This document shows, in pieces, positions 1 to 10,353 of a DNA stretch of 32,527 bases. The DNA is taken from NCBI GenBank assembly GCA_025201805.1, contig MU619361.1, positions 61,990-94,516 on the forward strand. Reading direction: 5' to 3'. The notes under the pieces are model-generated. The model had not been told where the DNA came from. It saw only the letters and a list, made by a program, of their open reading frames with translations, and made no database searches. How positions within the stretch are numbered: position 1 is the stretch's first letter; every line of letters starts with the position of its first letter. The translations under genes were made by a program, and so were the position numbers. Source of the DNA: Parasitella parasitica NRRL 2501 (lineage: Eukaryota > Fungi > Mucoromycota).

Positions 1-51
1 AATTATATTAGTACGTTTGTATTACTCATCTAGATATCCAAGATTACATAC

Positions 52-423
52 CTCCCAATCAAGGATTACGGGTGCGTAAGCATTGAATGTTGACTGAGTC
101 TTGTCGATGAATAGCCAATGCAATGCACGACCAACATCATTTTCTTCACTCAGGTCGAGTAGTTGTCCCGATGTCGACTCTTTTAACTTTTTAGCTGTGG
201 CAAAGGTCCGAGGACGGAAACGTAAAGATTCGTTGGATTCATCAGCTACGACCATTGAAGATGTGGATGCTTCTTCTGGCATGACCTGAACGACCTTTTT
301 GGGGCGGCCACGACCCCTAGGAGCTGGCTGAACTGGCTGATCTGACATTTGGTCTTCCTCTTCATTATCAATAGCAATAAGGCGTCTTTTGCGACCATTA
401 AAAGCGGATGATATAGATGACAT
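52..423 (-). CDS. First exon of an AT-hook protein, possibly Crypton/Ndc10-like tyrosine recombinase; continues beyond window start
   Basis: ORF from ATG 423 contains AT-hook PRGRGRPKK and ends ...KTQSTFNAYAPVILDWE. It is followed by a GTATGT donor at 51 and a branch-like ACTAAT near the window edge. The exon end resembles the T-x-x-A-Y...W start of tyrosine-recombinase core-binding domains (family call is inference). Confidence 0.5.
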
Positions 424-853
424 GTTATTAATAGGATTAAAAGTGAAAATAGTAGTGGTTGATATGTATTGTTTTTTAATAGAATAAATCGAAAATGTGA
501 AGGTTTATACATGATTTCTAATTTCAGGGCTCTAATAATAACGAGATTTCGTGGCAAGTCAGGATTTAATTTTACTGTCTCAAATGCAGGGAAATATTTA
601 GTATCTTTCACTCGAATATTAGTACAATATCATTCATTCATTTACCTTTTAAATTTGGATGGTTTTTGAATTTTTTGAATTTTTTCATTGGTTGAAAAAA
701 AAATATAATTTCCAAATTTTATGTTAACAATGCAATATATTGTTGAATGCTCTTCATTAGATCATTAGCCAATCTACTAGTACAATTTATTTTATTATGT
801 ATAAAATGGATGGATAGCAGCATAATTTACCAGCGTCACACAAAGCAGCTCAA

Positions 854-2774
854 TCAAGCATATCGTGAAACTGCTTTCCAGAGCTGATCTACCAAGTATG
901 CATGTCGTTTACGCATTGTCTCTTCATTTTCGATTTGCAAGTTTTTGATAAGTCCAACTAGATCCGCATAGGGTGATTTAGATTCTTCAGTATCGTCATA
1001 TTGGATAGTACGAGCAAACGGGATGCTATGATTTGATGCACTGTCATCATGATTATCATCCGAACTGGGTTCATCTGATTGATCTTTGTCTTCTTCCTCC
1101 TCCTCATCTACTTGTTGATCTTCATTTTCTTGTTTATAATTTTGACTAGTTTTTGATGATGAAAACACATTCATCATGTGCATTAATTCCTTCTTTTTAT
1201 CGAAAGAAACAGCCGAAGATTTGTCATAAACTGGCGTTAACGAGGGAGCTTCAGCAAAACTTGTTTCAAAAATTCTGTTGGGTTCATTGGAATACTTGGG
1301 AGTGTTTGCAGCAGGTGATGAAAAATCAATGGCATCGGATGGCTTGGTACATGGTGTTGGTGAAGAAGACAAAGTGGAAGACGAGGTAGCTGAAGCAGAA
1401 GAAAATGCACTTGCATTGAAAGCTGGTGAATGAATATAACAAGGAGACCAAAACTTCGATGCGGTCGCTACTGTTGCTTTTGCTGTCGCTGAAGGAATAG
1501 GAGTAGTAGAGGTGTGTGCAACAGATGATTCACTGGGTGTTAGACTCTGATGCTGGTAAGAAGCTGGACTGATATCGTTGCTATTGACGATGGGCGAAGA
1601 GAAACTCCATACATCAGGACCATTAAATTTTGGATATAAATCATAGTCATCAGTAGATAATAAATCAATAGGCTCTTTTGTTGTTGATGACGAAGGGATT
1701 GTGATATCAGGATAGATGCTTTCATCGGTTTGAATGTTGGCCGATAGTTGCTCAAGCCAATTTTGCAATGCAGGTAGAGCCTCAGGTTCGCAAGGCAATG
1801 TCCAGTTGATATTTTGCTGGTGTTGATATCGCAATGCAGGACCAATTGAGTTGAGTTTATCCATCATTTCTATGTATTAAGGATTTCTGGGTTTAAGCAT
1901 GCCAAGACTTTCTTTTCAACTTTTTTTCGCTTTCTGAATACCTTCATCGTATGCTGGCAAGGATTGGTTTTGTAATACATCCTCAATAAAATCCTGGAGG
2001 GGATCTTGATGTTGTAGGTAATTGCTGTACTCGTTCGTTTGCTTGGATTGAGAAGATACGCTTTGATAACTAGAGCTGTATAAAGATAAATCTGAGGATG
2101 ATATCTCTAAAGTATCTGATAATAAATCGTCAACAAGTGCTTGTATAGTCCGCGCTATGAATGTACCTTTTTGCGGTGAAGCGTATGCTGTTTGTTGCTG
2201 GTCATTGCTATGTTTAGTTTTGGCCTTTCTACGTCTGCGTACTGCTTTGTATCCAGGTTGGTTGCTTAGCAATGATGCTAAAACGTAAACAAAAAGGGGT
2301 TGACCTTCTGATCTGATAAGGTTTGTTGTGTAATTCGTTTACCTTGATGTTCTACTGTATGGATTTTCTCATGTTTCTTCAAGTCTTGAGGTCTCTTGAA
2401 ACCTTTACTGCAGAGCTATATACACAATGTATTATGTCATGTTATTCAATTATAATGCGTTCTTCAAAACAATCGTAATCTTACGGGGCATTGGTGTGCT
2501 ATACAACGAAGCGTGTTAGTGCTATGTCTGCGTTATTCTTCTTAATTAATTTCTTACGTTTCAATGGTAGATGCACTCTTAAATGGCTGGCTAAATGATC
2601 TCTCTTTGCAGCCACAATGCCACAATTATTCCATTGACACTGCAAGCATAAATTATTTGTTGCTTTTCTTCCTACATGATCATCTGAAAGATGATTAAAC
2701 AAATCTTCTGGATTATTAAATTTTCTTTCGCAAGATGTCCATTGACAAGAAAACTTGCTTGTCTTATCCATCAT
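854..2774 (-). CDS. pacC: pH-response C2H2 zinc-finger transcription factor PacC/Rim101
   Basis: Exons 2774-2558, 2498-2485, 2415-2343, 2277-1942, 1869-854 (all GT-AG). They give three fingers with PacC signatures: CQWTSC...[24 protein letters not shown]...[40 protein letters not shown]. The low-complexity C-terminus has a YPDI (YPxL/I) motif. Confidence 0.92.
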
Positions 2775-2953
2775 ATAATAATGCAAGCCGAAAAGAAAAG
2801 AGAAAAAAAAATTCATGTGCTAAGCTTTTTTTTTTATATAAATAATTTTGGAAGCGCCAATTGTCTTGTGTTGCAATCTATTTGTTTGTCTTGGGTTGTT
2901 CGACTTATGCATAAACATAGCGTATCCATTTGTATGAAAAATGACATTTTTGT

Positions 2954-5078
2954 CTATTCTTGCTTTTTGCTATTGTTGGTAACTGTATTTTCAATGAATT
3001 TTATGAACCTTTGGCCATATAAATCTGGTTTAATCGCAGAAATGGTAGTCTAAGCAAGAAAATTTAGCATTTACTTGGTATTTCTTGATTATTTTTTTTT
3101 TACCTTGTTTTGAGTAAAACTTTTTATAAAATGTTCGCCTTTTTTGACATAGTTATAAGGAGTTAATATGTCGATTACGCCTAGAAAATAAAGCTTGTCT
3201 GTGGTTTGATTATTTTCATTTGTTGATTTGAATCCACCATCTTCCGAGTAAAATACGCAATATTTCCTTTCATCAGAGGGTGTTTCTGGCAGCTGGGATG
3301 AATCTAACTGAACGGGATTTGCATGAAGAATTGCTTTTCTGACAATATCTGCTTTGCTTTCTCGTCTGCCATTTCGCGTTGATAAAGACCTATCTAGGCT
3401 CTTTGTGTGAGGCTATATTGATTGGCTTAGTGAGATGATGGAGACGTTCAGTTTTACTGCTCTATTACCGTTACAAAGTGGAGATGAGTGTCTCGAATCC
3501 CCTCTGTATTTCCTCTCTTACTATCATGTATGCCAATCAATAAACTATAATCCATGATGTTCAGCGCTGATAGTAAAGCAACATCTTTGTGCAATTGAGA
3601 GAGAAATATGTTTTTTTTGGTCGATCCAAATTCTAGCCTTTTGTTTTTTTCAACCCAATTCAAATCTTTGAGAACAGCATGTGGATTCTTTTGTATTTCC
3701 TCTTCAGTTGTCACTCGCCCAAATGTTGACCCCTTCAAATCGTACGTTTCATGTACATCTTTGTTGCTGGGAAAGACATTTCCCATCACTACGAAATGGA
3801 TCTTTCGTCCATGCGGTAACTTGATGCGATGTAATCCATAAAAACGGCAGAGTAGAGTGTTGGCGTTTTCGCAGACATGCTATATAAAATTCAGGTATAA
3901 GCTTAGATTGCAGAAAATTTGATTTGGGATAGCAGCATAGGCTCTTCCCCTTGAAACAACTAATTACCTCGTAATACTGCTTCAATATTTTGCGCATAAA
4001 TTTGTGCTCTGAATGATGAATCGTCTTGATAATAAATCGGTAGTCTCTCGAATAGTAAAAGAAGCTGCCACTTTTGCCAGGAGAGCCTAGCTCTGACAAG
4101 ATGTACTTGTTTGTCAGAGACATCTGTATAACCGCGCATCAGCACCATTTTTCACAATATATTCTCGACAACATTTTACCATATAATCAGCAGGATCAAC
4201 ATGAAATTTTTCTCGAAGATATCGAAATACCCAAGGAGAATAATCTTTGAATTTAAAATCGTACTTGACGCCGGGCGTTAACTCATTTCCAGTTCTATAT
4301 TGCGACTATTTAGCCCACATCAAGCGCTACCGATAAGCAAAACTAAATCTTACACATCAAACACTAATTTATGTGCTGCGGAAAAGTCATCATGGACTAA
4401 ATCTTTACGAATTTTGGCAGACACTCGACCGACCTAAAGTAGAGTGTATCAGTCATGTGCTTGTGATGTCTTGAGGAGGTATTTCTTACTGCAATTCGAA
4501 TGCCTGTCAACATGTCGTACCTGATATAAGGAAAACAAGTCAAAAAAACACATCCAAATTTATATATACAGTAGATGCACAAAAATCTCATACATCAAAT
4601 GGTAGTTACGATGTCCTTCTGATACACGAGTGCCAATCACTACACGATCTTCATCTTCATCATTGCCATATTCGCTATCATCTCCTAAATCGGTGCTTAG
4701 TAGTCTTTTAGATATTCGACGAGCTTGTCTTCTGGCTTTGATCTCTGTTTCCAATGCCACTTGCTCATCGGCATTCAATGTTCCTAAATCGGGGATTGTT
4801 GTACGACGTCGTCCTTGCAGCTGCTGTTGATGTCGTCGATAATGGGTATCCGAGATGATCGACGACCTTCGATCATTTGCAAGTGGTAAAGGGCTCGATT
4901 GAATGTATTCTAATGGGTATAATATAGGCGAAATTGGCACTGATTTCCTTCTGTTGGGCCACGGCCTAGTTGTTGTCTCTTGGTCCAATGGCCCAATATC
5001 GTTGTTTGTGTTGGCAACATCTAATTTAATGTCGTCGGAGAGTTGTGTTTGGCTATGTATTGTTGTCGACATCTCCAT
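2954..5078 (-). CDS. MSS4: Phosphatidylinositol-4-phosphate 5-kinase (Mss4/Its3 family)
   Basis: Exons 5078-4594, 4520-4490, 4433-4354, 4294-4180, 4123-3968, 3879-3469, 3412-3104, 3049-2954. Motifs [65 protein letters not shown]. Confidence 0.93.
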
Positions 5079-5276
5079 TTAAAGCAAATACTGCTAAAAT
5101 GGTGTTTTAGGAGAAAGAAAAGAGTGGAAGAAAGAGAAAGAAAAGGAGTTGTTTATAATGAACAGATAGCAGCTTATACAAAATATACAACAACTTGAGA
5201 TGAAATCTCTCGGTGACTATTAATAAAATTCATTGTATTCTCTATTTAGACATGTAGACCGAAAATGGATCTGCTA

Positions 5277-5470
5277 CAGCTGAAGAAAATAGGTTGGGCC
5301 ACACAAAAAACATTTTGGGCCATGTCAAAAAAAACTGGTCCACCAATTTTGATTCAAGACACTAATATTGAAAGTGGGACAACCAAGGAAATTTGGGACA
5401 CTTCTTTGAAAATGGGTCACTTTTTTCAAAGTGGGGCATTCAATTAAAAGTGAAGATTTAATAGTTTTAT
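5277..5470 (+). repeat. Left terminal inverted repeat with ~19-21-bp subrepeats
   Basis: Reverse complement of 10354-10592 apart from a 38-bp and an 11-bp indel and a short divergent patch. TGGGNCA-like cores at 5295, 5316, 5336, 5375, 5394, 5413, 5432. Confidence 0.9.
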
Positions 5471-5471
5471 A

Positions 5472-6080
5472 CAGTGTTTTCCTTTCATTTTCAGACTTTT
5501 TGAAATTTTTTTCGGACTTTTAGATTTTAAATTCAGACACAAATTTTTATTTTTCAGACTAACAAAAGTTGCTTTTCAGATTTTGCGATTGAAAAAATCA
5601 GACTTTTATTATGCCCATATTCAGATTCTTTACAAATATATTTGGACTTAACATAGCAAAAGTTCTTTTGATAAACATCTATCCCAAAATGTTTTGAATG
5701 TTTAATCCAACTTTGACAATCTTCAGCAGTAACAGTAGCGCATGCAGCAGCAATTCTGGGTGTAAGCTGATCTACCTTACTCAATTGATGTCTTTTAGTA
5801 TTTTTCTTGACTTTTGCTCAACACTCTTCAACAGGATTAAGAAATGGTGAGTAAGGTGGTGGAAAAAGAGGCTTATAACCACGTTTGTTAATTGCTTCTA
5901 TAACAAAATCAGAGTGATGAATCCTGCAATTGTCCATCACAATGAAAACTCCTTTTTTGTTCTGTCTATCTAAAATGTCCATAGTTGCTTCAATAAATTT
6001 CACAACATGACAGGCTGTTTTACCTTTTTTCACCTTTGGCTTGGAATCTTCTTCTGTGTTCGCTTTTCTTTTTCTTTTTC
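5472..6080 (-). mobile_element. Truncated nested Tc1/IS630-like element (3' end plus transposase C-terminus)
   Basis: Begins TA|CAGTG at 5470-5476 (classic Tc1 terminus), followed by a periodic TCAGAY array and the transposase remnant. The matching opposite end was not found in the window. Confidence 0.7.
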
Positions 6081-6318
6081 TACCACCTTACTCGCCATTT
6101 CTTAATCCTGTTGAAGAGTGTTGGGCAAAAGTCAAGAAAAATACTAGAAGACATCAATTGAGTAAGGTAGATCAGCTTACACCCAGAATTGCTGCTGCAT
6201 GCGCTACTGTTACTGCTGAAGATTGTCAAAGTTGGATTAAACATTCAAAACATTTTGGGATAGATGTTTATCAAAAGAACTTTTGCAATTTTAAGTCCAA
6301 ATATATTTGTAAAGAATC
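5624..6318. repeat. Inverted duplication: 246-bp arms (5624-5869 and 6073-6318) with 203-bp loop
   Basis: Arms are reverse complements with 6 mismatches by manual count; the same peptide appears on both strands in the ORF track. Confidence 0.92.
5648..6080 (-). pseudogene. DD34E transposase C-terminal remnant (DDE_3-like)
   Basis: KRKANTEEDSKPKVKKG...FIVMDNCRIHH...PPYSPFLNPVEEC, with 34 residues between D and E. TGG>TGA stop at 5818-5820. A 1-nt deletion near 5690 breaks the HSKTFWDRCL frame; corrected stop at 5648. Confidence 0.88.
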
Positions 6319-7655
6319 CCTATCAAAAAGCCGCCGTTTTTTTAAAGTCAGAAATGATTTTTTAGATGATTATCTGTAGAAAGCTCATCATTCTTATGGG
6401 TTTGTACTAATAAACAGATCACAAAAACTTGATAATAGCTTCTTGGTGTTATATAATACTATTATTCATAAAAAAACTGGAAAAAACTAAAAAATTGGGA
6501 TCAATAGCAAGTGTTTCCACCCTTTGCATCAATTACAGCCTCACACCTTCTAGGCATGGATCTGATCAGTTTGTCAAAGGCATCCATATCAATCTTGACC
6601 CATTCTGACTCAAGATATTTTCTGAGGTCTTTTGGGTTATTGATTAAGTGCCTTTTGACCATAGCCCAGACATGTTCGATAGGATTAAGGTCTGAGCTGT
6701 TGGCGGGCCAGAAATCGAACCCCTTAATCATGGCTCTTTTTTTTCCACCATGTTGTGTACGTCCCTGTATGAAGGGTCGCATTGTCTTCCATAAATATGT
6801 GTTCGTAAGTAGGATTGTCAGGCTTAAGTTTTTGAAGCCAGGAAACAAAATTCTCAGACAAGCAGTTTACATAGACATCTTGATCGACTGTGCCGTCCAA
6901 GAAGACGAGAGGACCTAGTCTACCTGCCACAAAACAGCTCCAAACCATTACAGATCCGCCGCCGAACTTCTTAACAGGTACTATATTATCAGGATTGTAC
7001 TTTTCGTTAACGAGTCTGATAACTCGTAAGTTACCATCATTTCATGCTACTCGATATCTCGACTCATCTAACCAAATTACTTGCTTCCATTGTTCGAAAG
7101 TCCCATTTTTCTTATTTTCCGCCCAAAGCAAGCGGTTTTCGATCTGAGATTCACTCAGAGCTGGCTTACGAGCTGGTACACGAGAATGAAGGCCCATACT
7201 ATCAAGAGCCTTCATCATTGTATTGCGAGAAACATCAATACTTACCGAGTGAAGATTTGATAGATGGTGCGTCAAAGGCTTAAAGGGCTGAGCTTTAACG
7301 CTACGGCTCAAGAACCTATTATTCCGCTCAGACATAGCTGGAGGACGGCCAGTTCGTTTGCTCTCATACAGTGTAGTGCCGTTAGTGTTGTATCGAGTCA
7401 TAGCGTCTCTAATGGTGCTAATTTGAATCTCGGAAATTTCGGAGATTTTTAGAGGATGATTGATGTCTGCTTTTAACATGCCTGCGATCATCCCTAAATC
7501 ATAATCAGTAAGCTGTTTTCTTTTATTTTGAGTATTTGAGCTAGACATGGCGTTTATTTTGATATTTGGAAGTTAAAAAATAAGATATCTGAAAGGGACA
7601 GGAGCAGTTTATGAGAATGAAGGATAGAAAAACGGTGACTTTTTGATAGGGGGTT
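6318..7655 (-). mobile_element. Tc1-family transposon with short TIRs; left terminus clipped
   Basis: CCCTATCAAAAAGCCGCCGTTTTT (from 6318) vs AAAAACGGTGACTTTTTGATAGGG (7628-7651), 2 mismatches. Right end GATAGGGGGTT followed by TA at 7656-7657. Confidence 0.85.
6501..7548 (-). pseudogene. Tc1-like transposase (DD35E after frameshift correction), inactivated
   Basis: HTH region and RTGRP linker, ARKPAL, W-x-DES, MVWSCF, EDNA..H, WPANSSDLNPIEHVW, SMPRRCEAVIDAKGGNT. In-frame TGA at 7042-7044 and a +1 frameshift in an A8 run near 6740. Confidence 0.92.
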
Positions 7656-7673
7656 TATGTATGAATACACAAC

Positions 7674-8127
7674 CACACATTTCATTCGTGCATACGACTA
7701 ACAGGCTCCATTGCTCCATTAATCATATACACAAAGTTTGCTATAATAGTAAAGTGATCTTTAATGAGGTGTCACTCAACAATAAAAGACCGTTCCTGTC
7801 CTCTACTAAGATTACTTCATAAAGAAGTAAACCTCAGACCGCCATGTCTGGAACAGCCAATGTGTGTTGAAATAAACACGAAGAGCAAATACCCATAAAC
7901 ACTAAGTATATTGATGTGTACAATATATTTTAGCCTACACACATTTCATTCGTGCATACGACTAACAGGCTCCATTGCTCCATTAATCATATACACAAAG
8001 TTTGCTATCATAGTAAAGTGATCTTTAATGAGGTATCACCCAACAATAAAAGACCGTTCCTGTCCTCTACTAAGATTACTTCATAAAGAAGTAAACCTCA
8101 GACCGCCATGTCTGGAATAGCCAATGT
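7674..8127. repeat. Direct repeat pair, 190 bp each (7674-7863, 7938-8127), 74-bp spacer
   Basis: Copies align without gaps at offset 264 with 4 substitutions. Confidence 0.92.
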
Positions 8128-8509
8128 ATGATATAATGATGGTGTTATCTATGGAATAAACAATTGAAAAATATACTGAGTGAAAAAATATGTTAGTTTT
8201 TTTAAATAAAAAATGGAGCAATAGACTTAGTATACTTATCAGCTAATAAAAACAAATTTTTGAATACAGTATTTGTATTGTATAACTATTTGTATGATAT
8301 ATACTATAGGAAAGTGTCTAAGTTTGAACTAGGAAAAAGAAAGTTACAAGGGTTGAGTAAAAAATAAAAATAAAAATACTACGTACATTCCTAGGAATCC
8401 CGCGCCTACTTCGACGTCACAATTTTATTTTTGGAGAGTGTTCTTGGAGCACCCGCAGTATTATCCTAATTTTTGGCATCAACAAAATTTTTCCACCTCT
8501 CTTCACAAA

Positions 8510-10186
8510 ATGACTGAAAACCCCCAAGTGCAATGGATTTTAAAGAATTACGATGGTGACGGGACATTCCCCTCTTTGAGATTTGCCAAGTTCTCAAAAG
8601 CAGAAAACATAAAAACTTGTGAAAAGATCTTTAAGGATGCGGTGGATGACATCGCGTCGTTATCGATCAAACAATACCAAAATCATTCCAAATGGATCAA
8701 ATGGTCGCGACAAGTAAAGAAACAGCAATACGAAGTATGTATAATACTTATTTGTCACTGTTAAAAGCAAGTAATTGTTATTAACTTACATTTCCTTCCT
8801 TAGGTATTAAGCACTATTACGGTTAAGCAATATTTTTATCAGCAAATGCGTAAAAATATCCTTCTAGAAAAAATGCTTTTTGACGCAAGACAGGAAATGA
8901 GCGTGATAAAAAATGCTAACAATATTGAAGAAATCACTGGTGATTCGAATAATGAGCAAGATGAAACATTAAACAGCGAAATTCCAACGGATACTGAAGA
9001 AGATAACTCAAGACACAATCATGATCAACTTGATAATAACGAGAAGTGGTTTCTTTCAACTGGAAAATGCGTAGATGATGAATTGTTCATATTTGGAAAG
9101 CAGTGTAACTTCGACCACTCTAGCAAGTCTATGATAATTGACATTGACGACAACAATTATGATTTGTACAATGTATTCACCCCTACTGAAGTCAACGAAA
9201 TTCGAACATTCAAACCAAAACCATTACCTGTATTGCCCAAAGACATTAAAAAAATCTTAAGCCAATTCAACGTAACGACAAGCAATGAAATCAGACAAAA
9301 GTTGGGCGAGATATCAACATTCTCCAATAAATTCAATTATAAGAGCCAACATGATAACGATTGGATTGTGTTCACCATCTATTCATTGTTACGTCAATAC
9401 GAATCAGGCAACTTCTCAAAGTCACATCTGGAGCAATGGCCAGAGTCACGTTTGGTCAATGTTCGAATCAGTTTTTGAAGCAGAGGATAAGTTGGAAGCG
9501 GTTGTGTAAGTTATTGATAATTCCTATCTAAAAAATCGTTTATAAATTCGCATAGTGGCGAGCCTATGAGCTTTGCTTCGAAAACACGAAAAAACAAACA
9601 AAGAACTATCTCGGCGGTTGAAAAAATGCAATTTAGTAAGATGGGCCGTAAGATGGATCTAATATTCCGCACCTGTACCAGCACACATTCAATTCCAATG
9701 GAATTCGGCGCATCAGAGACTGGAAAGTTGATGGAAGGCAACCATTCCACAAAATACATGGAAGAAGGTCTTGTAAAATTGCCAAAGACTCTCAAAGACA
9801 TGTTGGATCAGTTGGTTATACGCTCAAACCACGACAATGACATCATGTCAAAATTGAGAGTCGTCGGTCTCGTACATTCAGGATTATCATCGACATTATT
9901 ACAAGCTGACAGACCCAGCAGATATATAACAAGAATCGCAAGATTCAAAACCCTTTATATTAGTGATAATATCAACACGTTTTTTCAGACTGTAATCCCA
10001 ACTCTATGCTCGGCTATCGTTGTTCGTGAAATCGTCAAAGAATCCCTGAATCTTGTCAATTCTCCACGCGAAAGCGATAATGAGGACTGGTTAGACGATT
10101 GCTTGACAAGTACAGTCAGCACAATAATTTCTGAGACCTCCTCATCACCTCACCGACACACAAAGAGAACCAAATATAACTGCTAG
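8510..10186 (+). pseudogene. Spliced cargo gene of unknown function with putative PD-(D/E)XK restriction-endonuclease-like C-terminal domain; one frameshift
   Basis: Exons 8510-8734, 8804-9505, 9556-10186 (GTATGT/TAG, GTAAGT/TAG). Frame break at ~9440 (EQW|c|QSHVW). Motif order GE..S.AS..RKN, GRKMDLIFR, EFGASETGK, KLPKTLKDML is compatible with an REase core (inference). Confidence 0.7.
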
Positions 10187-10353
10187 ATATCATTAAAATC
10201 ATCCGAAAAAAAAATGTATACCAAATAACTTTATCTTAAGACAATGAAACGAAAACTAAGATATGTATTATAACTGAAAGTACAGAAAAAGAAATAGTTT
10301 ATACAAACCGAATTAATAACGTGTAATTTGAACAATAAAACACATGTTATACA

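Noticed and set aside
1901-1906. GCCAAG PacC consensus site in pacC intron 4
   Set aside because: A single hexamer is expected by chance.
5265-5447. ORFs 5265-5447(+), 10426-10674(-) and 10453-10692(+); the first two share the peptide IQDTNIESGTTKEIWDTSLKMGH
   Set aside because: The shared peptide simply reflects the TIR; these are incidental frames in non-coding repeats.
6041-6379. Independent plus-strand transposase gene
   Set aside because: It is only the inverted arm; it lacks an ATG, the N-terminus and the first two catalytic Asp residues.
7674-8127. LTR pair / TRIM or CRISPR-like array
   Set aside because: Ends are CA...TG rather than TG...CA, no PBS or PPT was seen, and there are only two 190-bp units in a eukaryotic context.
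8510-10186. Fanzor/TnpB cargo
   Set aside because: No split RuvC motifs (D-x-G, E, RD) or CxxC zinc finger are visible.
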